NCBI GenBank assembly: GCA_021831925.1
Contig: JAKBLT010000001.1
Span: 4,137-68,136, forward strand
DNA from: Thermoplasmata archaeon
GTDB lineage: Archaea > Thermoplasmatota > Thermoplasmata > Thermoplasmatales > Thermoplasmataceae
Direction of reading: 5' to 3'
DNA: 64,000 nucleotides
A program made the translations under genes and the position numbers. The notes beneath the pieces were generated by a model. That model was not told where the DNA came from. It was given only the letters and a program-made list of their open reading frames with translations, and did not search any database. This document shows positions 20,299 to 28,924 of the stretch, piece by piece (the stretch's first letter is position 1; each line of letters opens with the position of its first letter).

Positions 20299-23200
20299 AT
20301 GAAAGAACACTCGAAAGTTTTGCGGAGATACTTAGTTATCGGAATGGCAGTTTTTGTAGCCTTGATTTTTATGGCTGAAGCTGCATCTCTTAGTATAGGA
20401 AATGGCAATAGTGGGAGCAACCCGGCATTAGGGATAGGGTTGTCATCCAGTACTGCTAAAACAGATTATGCAACGGGTAGCCTTCAATTGTATACTCCTA
20501 TGCAGCCGACTAATTACTTCTCCTCTGCGCCATCTAGTGGAGCTTCACCCGCAGTTGCTGCTAGTGAGATACACGGCCTAAGTGGACCAACGCCCTCTTC
20601 ATCTGACGGAAGTGGTGATTATATTCTTGCTCAAATTGGCAATCCGGATTATTTCAATCCGTACCTGGCATCTACCGTCTGTGATTTTTACGCACTAGAT
20701 TTGGTTTACAACGAACCGACCACCACATTACTTAATGGGACAATTGTTCCATGCTTGGCTACCAGTTATACGAACCTGACCCCGGTCCATGGAATTACAA
20801 CTTTTGATCCCCTGACCGGTGCAAACGTTTCTGTAAAGGATATGGCAGTTGTGCACATACGTCCTGGAGTTCAGTGGGATGACTGGAATGCTACAAATGC
20901 TGCATCTACCTATGTATTCAGCAACTCTGTTTCCTTCACGAATAATACTGGGGTTGCATTCTCGCACACATACAAGACAGTATACAACCTAACATCCGGA
21001 AAAAACCAGTCCCTTGGGCCAATAACCATGCAAACACACTATGTTCAGGCAGCAGACTTTATTCTGTCATGGAAGATACTCAGTTCTTCCACTCTGTATT
21101 CAGGGTCTTACAGCAACGTGGTAAATATGCTACCTCTCAACAACCTCACTGTAGAATACTTCCTTAGTGGTCCTTCTGGTACATTCGTGCCATACACACT
21201 CGAAACCCCCATTCTTCCATACCATGTCTGGGTGTATCATGATTATGCGTCAAATGGAAGTGGACTCTGGAATGCAACAACTAGTTCAAGCACAGCATAT
21301 AATGCTCAATCTTATAACACCTGGGATCTGAACTACAGTGCGACAACTGGAACCTTTTCGAATTTTGTAGGTACCGGTCCTTTTATGTTTAACGGCGGGT
21401 ATGGCCAGCCCAAAGGAAAGTTCTTCCATGCAGACTGCTGGACCGCATATAGAAACCCTAACTATTTCGTAAGAAACATAACAGGTAATTTTTCCTGGTT
21501 TTCTGTTTGTGCTCCAAGCCTCCATCAGATAACAGTGGACATTTACTCCAGCCCGTCTGCCGCGGTTGGCGCTCTCCAGACAGGTAAGGCAGATGCGATA
21601 GAAAACAATGTGCCTTCCTCCTTCCTACCAACTTTGGAAACAATACCGAACGTCAAAATCTATGAGAAACCATCAACAGGATATGCATACTTCAAATTCA
21701 GTTCGTATTCTCAGAACGCACCATTTAATATAACAGCATTCCGGCAGGCCCTTCGTATGGCGTCACCTTTGGGATACATCGATTCGGCAATCTGCGATGG
21801 TTTCCTTACACCCGGTTATTCCACAATACCGACCATAGATAGCCCATACCATACCTCAGTGCCGACCTACTCTTTCAATTTGAAGGCTGCAAATGATACT
21901 ATTGCATCCATACCTGGCATGCAATATAAGGGCGGAGAATGGTATTACAACGGGAAACAGGTTACTGCTTTGATCCAGTCTCCATCCGCATCTCTAATCC
22001 CTCAGATTTACACAGGATACAGCCTTATCGCGTCTGACTGGTCAAAGATAGGCATATCATCATCTGTCTCATCCGAAAGCTTCGCAACCATAATCTCGAA
22101 ACTGGACGCATACAGCAACTCAGACCCGGTACCATACAGCGTGATAACGTTAGGAGTGTCTGGTTACCTTGGGGATCCTGTTGGTGATCTAATAGTATCA
22201 TTCAATTACACTCAATCACAGGGAACTGGTGACTATCAGGGGCCTTTCTCGGCTATGAATATCACCACGCCTTTCTCTAGTGAGCTGGGTCTTCCGACAG
22301 GCTACCATTCAGGCAAATTCATTGATGGTCTGATGGCGAATCTGTCAACATATGCAAATACTAACAGTTCGGTACTTGATGTCAGGTATGCTATCGACGT
22401 AATGCAGTACCTGGAGGACGAGGAATCTACTATGATGCCGATAGGGTACGGTCCTACTGACATAATCGCTTACAGCAACGTGTCCTTTACGGGTGTTACA
22501 CACTTTGCATCAGACATGAATGGTTTCTGGTTCCACAACGAGATGTTCCTTCACAAACGAACAACTAACCTGACAGTGACAAAGGCATCTGCTCACGCTG
22601 TTGTGAGTGCAGTCTCCAGCAACATTTTCTACACTAATGGACAGTATGGAAATGTTACCTTTACTGTAACTAACAACGTTACCGGGAAACCAATACAAGC
22701 TGATGTCTCAGTTAGTCCTACCCCTGAGTTCCTGAATGTTACCAACTACACTGGCGTCACCAATTCGGCTGGTCAGTTTAAATTCGAGTTTCAGGTTGCT
22801 CCAACTAACTATATCCTCTACAATTCTGGATACTCTGGTCTTGCTACGATATCTGCCGTTGCAGTTCCTACAAACAGTTCGATATCTGGTAATTCTGGTG
22901 GGGCATCTTTTAACGTGGATCCTCAGCCGGTAGCTTATAAAACAACAAATCTATCGAGTCTTGTTGCAGGAGGTTCCCCCCAGTATTATAACATAACCAT
23001 TTACAATCCACAAACGGGCTCTCCGGTAAGTGGATACGCATATATGGTACAGACAATGAGTGCTGCTTTAAACCTATACCCAACATCGTCAGCGCAACAA
23101 GAAACGAATCTCTCTACATATGACGCTCTCTGTAACTCCTACAGCATGCTGGTACCTACTGCAAAGAATGTAACCAGCGACCAGATAACTTCTATCTCTG

Positions 23201-23961
23201 GTGTTACCGGTTCCAATGGGGTCATATCAGTGATGCTTTCTGTTAACAGTTCGTTCAACTTTACGTTGAATGGAAATGATTACCAGAGTTATGTATTCCT
23301 TGGCGACTTTGCACTAGCAGCACCAGTTGGCGGAGAAAATGGTTATGCTGTAATCGGTGAAGAGACATCTTGTTACAACGTTAATGGATATGGCACTGGC
23401 GAACCCGTTGAGCTACCAATGATGGTGGAACATTCATCCAGCTCGTATGCAATATCTGAAACGACTCATTCCGTCAATTCTACTGTAACTGAAGTGATCG
23501 TTAAGGTTACGAATTCGGGATCACCGGTATCAGGTTACACATTGGTACTCACATCACAGAACGCGCTTGGTGCTAACAGGGGTTACTTCGTTAATTCCAG
23601 CTCATCAGTCGCTAATCCTAACCACAACCTTACCATGACTTGTGGGGCTGACACTGGTTCGGCATATCTGCCTTCAATCACACTAACAACTGGCTCTAAT
23701 GGGTTGGCTTATGCTAACTTCTCGAGTGGATTCTATACGTATAATTCAACAACCGGTGCTATATCTCCTCTCCCGTACAACACATCCGCCGTCGCTCCAT
23801 ATGACCTGTTCCAGATCTCAATAGTCGGTTATAAACCCGTAACAACAACATCGACGAATTACACCGATTATTATGTTATAGGTGGAGTAGTAGCAGCGGT
23901 AGTAGTCATCGGTGCAGCAGTAGGTTTCGTGATGCGCGGAAAGAAAAAGAAGACCGCATAA
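20299..23961 (+). CDS. Membrane-anchored family-5 (peptide/nickel) ABC substrate-binding protein with a long C-terminal surface extension
   Basis: N-terminal signal/anchor KVLRRYLVIGMAVFVALIF. SBP_5-like core (NPDYFNPYLAS...LATSYTNL...IRPGVQWDDW). The C-terminal roughly 450 aa are Ser/Thr/Asn-rich and end in a TM helix plus a basic tail (VVAAVVVIGAAVGFVMRGKKKKTA). About 40 N-x-S/T sequons were counted by eye. TATA-like TTTAAATA at 20268-20275 fits ATG 20299; the ORF-track start at 20257 is a TTG. Confidence 0.85.
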   Translation: MKEHSKVLRRYLVIGMAVFVALIFMAEAASLSIGNGNSGSNPALGIGLSSSTAKTDYATGSLQLYTPMQPTNYFSSAPSSGASPAVAASEIHGLSGPTPSSSDGSGDYILAQIGNPDYFNPYLASTVCDFYALDLVYNEPTTTLLNGTIVPCLATSYTNLTPVHGITTFDPLTGANVSVKDMAVVHIRPGVQWDDWNATNAASTYVFSNSVSFTNNTGVAFSHTYKTVYNLTSGKNQSLGPITMQTHYVQAADFILSWKILSSSTLYSGSYSNVVNMLPLNNLTVEYFLSGPSGTFVPYTLETPILPYHVWVYHDYASNGSGLWNATTSSSTAYNAQSYNTWDLNYSATTGTFSNFVGTGPFMFNGGYGQPKGKFFHADCWTAYRNPNYFVRNITGNFSWFSVCAPSLHQITVDIYSSPSAAVGALQTGKADAIENNVPSSFLPTLETIPNVKIYEKPSTGYAYFKFSSYSQNAPFNITAFRQALRMASPLGYIDSAICDGFLTPGYSTIPTIDSPYHTSVPTYSFNLKAANDTIASIPGMQYKGGEWYYNGKQVTALIQSPSASLIPQIYTGYSLIASDWSKIGISSSVSSESFATIISKLDAYSNSDPVPYSVITLGVSGYLGDPVGDLIVSFNYTQSQGTGDYQGPFSAMNITTPFSSELGLPTGYHSGKFIDGLMANLSTYANTNSSVLDVRYAIDVMQYLEDEESTMMPIGYGPTDIIAYSNVSFTGVTHFASDMNGFWFHNEMFLHKRTTNLTVTKASAHAVVSAVSSNIFYTNGQYGNVTFTVTNNVTGKPIQADVSVSPTPEFLNVTNYTGVTNSAGQFKFEFQVAPTNYILYNSGYSGLATISAVAVPTNSSISGNSGGASFNVDPQPVAYKTTNLSSLVAGGSPQYYNITIYNPQTGSPVSGYAYMVQTMSAALNLYPTSSAQQETNLSTYDALCNSYSMLVPTAKNVTSDQITSISGVTGSNGVISVMLSVNSSFNFTLNGNDYQSYVFLGDFALAAPVGGENGYAVIGEETSCYNVNGYGTGEPVELPMMVEHSSSSYAISETTHSVNSTVTEVIVKVTNSGSPVSGYTLVLTSQNALGANRGYFVNSSSSVANPNHNLTMTCGADTGSAYLPSITLTTGSNGLAYANFSSGFYTYNSTTGAISPLPYNTSAVAPYDLFQISIVGYKPVTTTSTNYTDYYVIGGVVAAVVVIGAAVGFVMRGKKKKTA

Positions 23962-24000
23962 AATTTATTTTTTTATTTTAATCTTATTTTATTTTTTTTT
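23962..24000 (+). terminator. Oligo-T tracts downstream of the binding-protein gene (archaeal-type terminator candidate)
   Basis: A T7 run at 23968-23974 and a T9 run at 23992-24000 follow the TAA stop directly. Confidence 0.45.
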
Positions 24001-25073
24001 AACATTTTCTTAAATGGGTATTGTAATTTTGGTACTGCTAAATGTTTATTGGCGCATAATAATATTACTTAACATCCGTGTCTGCGTTATATAATTCTGA
24101 TTAGGACCGCTGACTGGAAGATGCCATTAAATTTCTTATTCAGGAGAAAACACCTCTAAAGGAAAGTACCCTCCTCTTATAGCGAAGTTGAGGCTCCCGG
24201 AATTCGCGTAATCCTTGCTTGTTTACATCGTTTTAACTTCAAGGATGTAAATCTGCACCGAAAAAAATATACAATTAGTGATTAATCTATGAAATCGGAC
24301 AAATGGCTAACTTGATTGGGCCATCCAGGTCTCAATAGAAATATAGTAATCTCTATGAATTTCTGACTTGAAGTAAATGAAGATCAGATACAACGGCTTC
24401 TGACTTCAGAAGCTAGATCCGGCTATATAAAATCTTGATGCCTAATAATGCCGTAAATACGTTTTACAGAGGTAAATTTTGTGCACAGGGATTGCACATG
24501 GTTTGGAGACAACCGATTACCTTCCAAGCAACGCCAGCAAACTGAAATATACCTAAAATGAGTTATAATAAGATACAGGAATTACTAATCACCAAAGAAT
24601 AGGGCTATCTAATCGTAAATGGATATCAAAGATGCTCAACCTATGGGGATCGGTACGCGCAGTTCGGAATAAATTGGCATACATGGCACGACACGTTGAT
24701 CGAAATGGGATTATATTAATGAGATAGACCAGTATTTAGCGGAATAAAGCCCTGCTCTCAACATTCCCGTCTATTGGAAGGGATGTTGTATAAGATAAAC
24801 TTCGAAAAGAATTCAATTCTCCAGTCATAGATGAAGGATACACATCGTGTTTATTGACTTGCATGTAAGGGGATAATTTTAAAAATAGTCAGATCTGTTA
24901 GAGGAATATCTAACCTAATAAATGACCTAAAGTTATCCCAGCCAAACAGACGTACATATTGGGTGATCTCAGGGAGACAGTTCCCAGGATAAATCACCCT
25001 ATAGTGAAGGCTCATGCCAGCCGGTGAGGTGGATAAGCAATCAAACCAAAGCGTAGTAAATCCGGCCGGAGCA

Positions 25074-25091
25074 ATTCGGTTTAAACCGAAT
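25074..25091. repeat. Perfect 18-nt palindrome inside the GC-richer core of the ORF-free tract
   Basis: ATTCGGTTTAAACCGAAT is its own reverse complement. It is flanked by further stems: GGGTGAT 24961-24967 with ATCACCC 24993-24999, and TCTGGAC 25139-25145 with GTCCAGA 25162-25168. Confidence 0.9.
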
Positions 25092-25490
25092 AATTAGCGT
25101 GCGGGAAAGAGTCAGTACGTGTTGTTGGCATTACCTCTTCTGGACAAGATGAATATGTTACGTCCAGAGAACACTGATGTACAGAAATAAAAAATTAGGG
25201 TGCAAAATATAATGGACAAACATGGCAGTCAACTAAATTGAAAAATGGAGAATTTCTGAAATGCGTTCTTTCCACTACATATACCAGATCATCCACCTCC
25301 TCGGGGAAAAACCATTATACTATGTGTTAAAAACAGTTTGTAACTGCAATGCTTAAGTACTGGAAACTATGTTCGATGATAACGGCATGAATGCTTCAAA
25401 GGTTTTAATCTCTCGAATAATGTGAACAGTTATTTGTAAATAAACATTGAATCTATTAGATTTGGGTAGATAAAAAAGAAACAAATTTTA

Positions 25491-26873
25491 TCAATTTAGC
25501 TTCCTAAAATCAAGATCATGCTGCATTCTATTTATGTTCACAAGAGTTGCCTCGTCGGTTTCAAAGCGAAAACCTGATTTTGAATATATAACCAGAATGT
25601 CCCTTCGATCATTCTTTTTCCATGGAAACTCTGAAGCTTTTCTAATCAGCGATGTTAAATCATCCCTTTCAACAGGTTTATCGGACCAGATTGCTGACAT
25701 AAAATAAACCTTAGAATCCTCGTTACTAACTGCAACTCCATCTATTTCTATGTCCTTGTTCCACCATTGGCCGATAATTGTTTTATGGTTGTAATTTACA
25801 CCTGATATCATGGAGAGGTGTTGAAGGGCAATTTCGGAGAAGACTGGAGCAACAAAATCATTTAATCCTGACAAAATGGAAGATACCGTAGATTCGTAGT
25901 TCCCGAGCAGAAGATCATTCCTGTATTGCGATACAAATTTGAACCAGAACCTATTAAAATTATCTTCTATGAAATATTTGAAATTTCTTCCATGCACGGA
26001 ATCAAGCACCGGCCTCTTTTTTTCGACCAGACCATTGGGATACAAAACCTTGGATATTATACTGGAAACCTCTTCTCTTTCTCCACCCATGGATTTCGCG
26101 ATTTCTTCTGCGGTAAATGTTACTTTTGATATCATTTCCAGAATGGATTTGGCCTTGTTCATGTATTTACCCATGTCGCTGATCCGTTTTAGTGGCAGGT
26201 CAAAGAGATAACCGTCAGGATGCAGGATCTCACTTTTGATCCTATCAATCAGAGAACCTTCACCAGAAATCCTTGATAATGTTAATGGGTATTTTCCAAA
26301 CACGGCATAAGTTGCTACTGCATCCTTTGGGAGAAAGCCTGCCATTAAGGGGAGGCTATCTTTGTACTGGATATAACTCAGATTAATAACCAGGTCCGGA
26401 AGAACACTATCCGGTTTATCCCTCCTTGAAATCGAATCAAAAACGCTTGAGATGGGCGATATGAGCACTATCATAAGATTAGCTGAAGCATTTAGCCCAA
26501 GCCACCACATCCTGAAATCATGTATGAAAGAAGGTTCAAATCTCTGTACAAAATCGAATTCATCTATAACTACAAGCAGTCTGCTTAAGGTAGCCATTCC
26601 CTGGATAGCAAGAAATAGATCCCTCGGAGTTTCCGGTTCCTGACGAATCATATTACTGTCGTATCTTTTTATCTGAACCCACAGGTTATGGACCAGGTCT
26701 CTCTGATTATATCCCGTAGGCACGAGATAGATATATCTCATTTGTGGTATAATCTGCTTTAGGAGTTCAGTTTTTCCTGAACCATGCGGACCAAAGACTA
26801 TTACCAGTTGTTTGTCACCCCTAGCATAGATCTGCTTCAATCTGGAAATCTCATTTAATCTGTTCAGGAACAT
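25491..26873 (-). CDS. Archaeal ATPase (Arch_ATPase-type AAA/P-loop) with a DUF234-like C-terminal domain
   Basis: N-terminus MFLNRLNEISRLKQIY...LVIVFGPHGSGKTELLK (Walker A) and Walker B-like LLVVIDEFD. About 460 aa, typical of the Arch_ATPase+DUF234 architecture. Start chosen at ATG 26873. Confidence 0.7.
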   Translation of the reverse strand: MFLNRLNEISRLKQIYARGDKQLVIVFGPHGSGKTELLKQIIPQMRYIYLVPTGYNQRDLVHNLWVQIKRYDSNMIRQEPETPRDLFLAIQGMATLSRLLVVIDEFDFVQRFEPSFIHDFRMWWLGLNASANLMIVLISPISSVFDSISRRDKPDSVLPDLVINLSYIQYKDSLPLMAGFLPKDAVATYAVFGKYPLTLSRISGEGSLIDRIKSEILHPDGYLFDLPLKRISDMGKYMNKAKSILEMISKVTFTAEEIAKSMGGEREEVSSIISKVLYPNGLVEKKRPVLDSVHGRNFKYFIEDNFNRFWFKFVSQYRNDLLLGNYESTVSSILSGLNDFVAPVFSEIALQHLSMISGVNYNHKTIIGQWWNKDIEIDGVAVSNEDSKVYFMSAIWSDKPVERDDLTSLIRKASEFPWKKNDRRDILVIYSKSGFRFETDEATLVNINRMQHDLDFRKLN

Positions 26874-27137
26874 CTGATAATATCCAATGCGCAAAGAGAA
26901 TATCATACTTTCGATGTATCCTGAATTTCGTAAAATTTAACATGCATATTGTGAACGGGATAAATTCAAAACTGTAATTTATTGAAATTTAAGCCACCAT
27001 TCGTGGGAAAATTAAAGAGTTCATAAAGATTAACTTTTTTTAATATTTTTGGTTAAATTGATGCATCTTAATCCGATATGGAATCTCGTAATGAGCATTA
27101 ATAAAAACCAAGTGTTGCGACGAATAAGTCGGTGGAA

Positions 27138-28103
27138 TTACTTTATTGAGTATACCTTCCTTCTCATATCGTGCAGATCCGGCCTCTCATGGATCCTACC
27201 GTCGGCAATCAGGTTACCAATCGCATTCTGGACAGTCCTTCTTGACAGGCCCGTAATACCTGCTATCCTCCCCTGATCCATAGGCCCGTTTTGCTGTAAT
27301 AGAAAAAGTATAAATTTTGATGCGGGTCCTCCAGTAGTTTCGTCTGAGCCAGTGCTGATACCGAATGTATCACCGCGAAGGCCAAGCCTCTGACTGGCCA
27401 GGGCAAATGCGCTTGACATAGAGATATTTCCAAGGTTTATTTTTGCACCAAGACGGATCACAAGTTCAGCCTGTTGCACTTCATCAGGCGCCTCAAACAT
27501 CACTTCGGGAAGATCAATATTCCTTAATATTTCCTCAACCCAGTCCCATTTTATGTTTCCATTCATGTCATAGATCTCGACTCCTCTCCCGGTTTCTCTA
27601 CCCTCTATTATAATAACATCCGGATCAAGATCTTTTGCTGCCTGTATCCTTTCAACTGTTTCGTCCAAAGATAACTGGTTTTTAGTATTCTTGCGGCCAA
27701 CTTCCACAACAAGGTGCATATCGCCTGATCTTGCGAAGTCACGTATTTCTGATTTAGTTCCATGTGGCAAATCGATAACCCCCTCACTCATTTCTATTGT
27801 ATCGAAGCCAGCTTCCCTTATCTTATGAAGTGCCTCTTTTAACCTTCCTTTTGAGAAAGCTATTTCCAGCAGGGTACCACCATTACTCACACAAAAACCT
27901 GATTGTCTATAATCGGAAATCCTCCGGCTAAGGAACTTTTGGTCGCAAAGAAGAGATAGGCCCCAGCCTATTTTGACGGTAGTAACAAATTTGTTGCTCA
28001 GGTTCAGCAGTGTCGATGGATCCGTCCCCAATCTATCCATAACCATTGTCTTTCCAATTTCCGTCTTTCCGGTCTCTCCAACCTTCTCCAGGAAAAAATT
28101 CAT
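27138..28103 (-). CDS. ComA-family (2R)-phospho-3-sulfolactate synthase-like enzyme fused to a C-terminal winged-helix DNA-binding domain
   Basis: Close motif agreement with my recollection of the methanogen ComA sequence, which I could not verify against a database: VKIGWGLS, GGTLLEIAF, GFDTIEMSEG, VEVGRKN, VIIIEGRETGRG, FEAPDEVQQ and LGLRGDTFG. About 65 extra residues follow, resembling a MarR/ArsR-type wHTH (MDQGRIAGITGLSRRTVQNAIGNLIADGRI). Confidence 0.8.
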   Translation of the reverse strand: MNFFLEKVGETGKTEIGKTMVMDRLGTDPSTLLNLSNKFVTTVKIGWGLSLLCDQKFLSRRISDYRQSGFCVSNGGTLLEIAFSKGRLKEALHKIREAGFDTIEMSEGVIDLPHGTKSEIRDFARSGDMHLVVEVGRKNTKNQLSLDETVERIQAAKDLDPDVIIIEGRETGRGVEIYDMNGNIKWDWVEEILRNIDLPEVMFEAPDEVQQAELVIRLGAKINLGNISMSSAFALASQRLGLRGDTFGISTGSDETTGGPASKFILFLLQQNGPMDQGRIAGITGLSRRTVQNAIGNLIADGRIHERPDLHDMRRKVYSIK

Positions 28104-28208
28104 GACATCGATACTGTAAACTTATATACATATATTATGTCTATTAACCAACTTCTCGCACATATATTGCATATAATTTGCTTAAAATGTGTCTTTGATA
28201 AACTAAAG

Positions 28209-28922
28209 ATGCATCTTATTTATCAGGGAAAAGGCAGGAATATGATAGATGAAAAAATGGCACAGCTGGAAGAGTTATTAAGAGAAGTAAAGGATTCATA
28301 CGGAAACAGACTGGTGCAGGTAAGCAGCTTTGGTGCTGAGGACATGGTGATCTCTCATGCGGCCTTGATAAACGCGATCCAGATTCCAATAATATCCATG
28401 GATACTGGAAGGTTGCATGAGGAGACGCACAATTTTATACAGCGTGTTGAATCCATTTATGGACTAAAAGTCAGGATAGTCTTCCCCGATTCTCAAGAAC
28501 TGGAAAAATTACTGTTCAACAAGGGAAACAACTCCTTCTATTCTTCAGTGGAGAACCGGGAAGAATGCTGCATAATAAGAAAAGTCCATCCATTAAACAG
28601 GTCACTTGCGGGATATGACGCATGGATTTCAGGCATAAGGGCAGACCAGACAGTTAACCGGAAGAATTCGTCGTTAATTGAAAAGAATTTTGATTCTAGT
28701 GGCAGAACAAAGATCAATCCCCTGCTATCTTGGTCCAGATCTGATGTATGGGAGTACATAGAAAAAAACAAAGTGATTTATAACGAACTATATGACAGGG
28801 GATTTGCCAGCATTGGATGTTCACCCTGCACGAGGCCTGTTAAAGAAGGCGAATCCGAAAGGGATGGAAGATGGTGGTGGGAAAACGGCCAGAAAGAATG
28901 CGGTATCAATGTGAGGAAATAA
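28209..28922 (+). CDS. cysH: Assimilatory adenylylsulfate (APS)/PAPS reductase, thioredoxin-dependent CysH family, Fe-S-cluster subtype
   Basis: Motifs ECCIIRKVHPL (Cys-Cys pair), GCSPCT (CxxC) and the C-terminal ECGIN (ECGLH-type). The CC...CxxC pattern is characteristic of APS-specific enzymes. Start uncertain: ATG 28209 fits the TATAATTT box at 28173-28180, and ATG 28242 is an alternative. Confidence 0.85.
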   Translation: MHLIYQGKGRNMIDEKMAQLEELLREVKDSYGNRLVQVSSFGAEDMVISHAALINAIQIPIISMDTGRLHEETHNFIQRVESIYGLKVRIVFPDSQELEKLLFNKGNNSFYSSVENREECCIIRKVHPLNRSLAGYDAWISGIRADQTVNRKNSSLIEKNFDSSGRTKINPLLSWSRSDVWEYIEKNKVIYNELYDRGFASIGCSPCTRPVKEGESERDGRWWWENGQKECGINVRK

Positions 28923-28924
28923 GT

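Noticed and set aside
24960-25200. Tried to read the structured core as RNase P RNA, SRP RNA, a C/D-box sRNA or group II intron domain V. Fragments such as GGGAAAGAGTC, CCGGAGCAA and ACAGAAA prompted this.
   Set aside because: The motif order does not fit RNase P. No SRP helix-8 or Alu-domain signatures are present. No properly spaced C (RTGATGA) and D (CTGA) boxes occur. The AGC-containing segment does not fold into a domain V hairpin. I leave it as an unassigned structured region.
28137-28208. A 24-codon N-terminal extension of cysH from the ORF-track ATG at 28137.
   Set aside because: The extension is hydrophobic and Cys-rich, with no CysH counterpart. It also contains the TATA-like elements of the divergent promoter region. 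ATG 28209 (or 28242) fits better.
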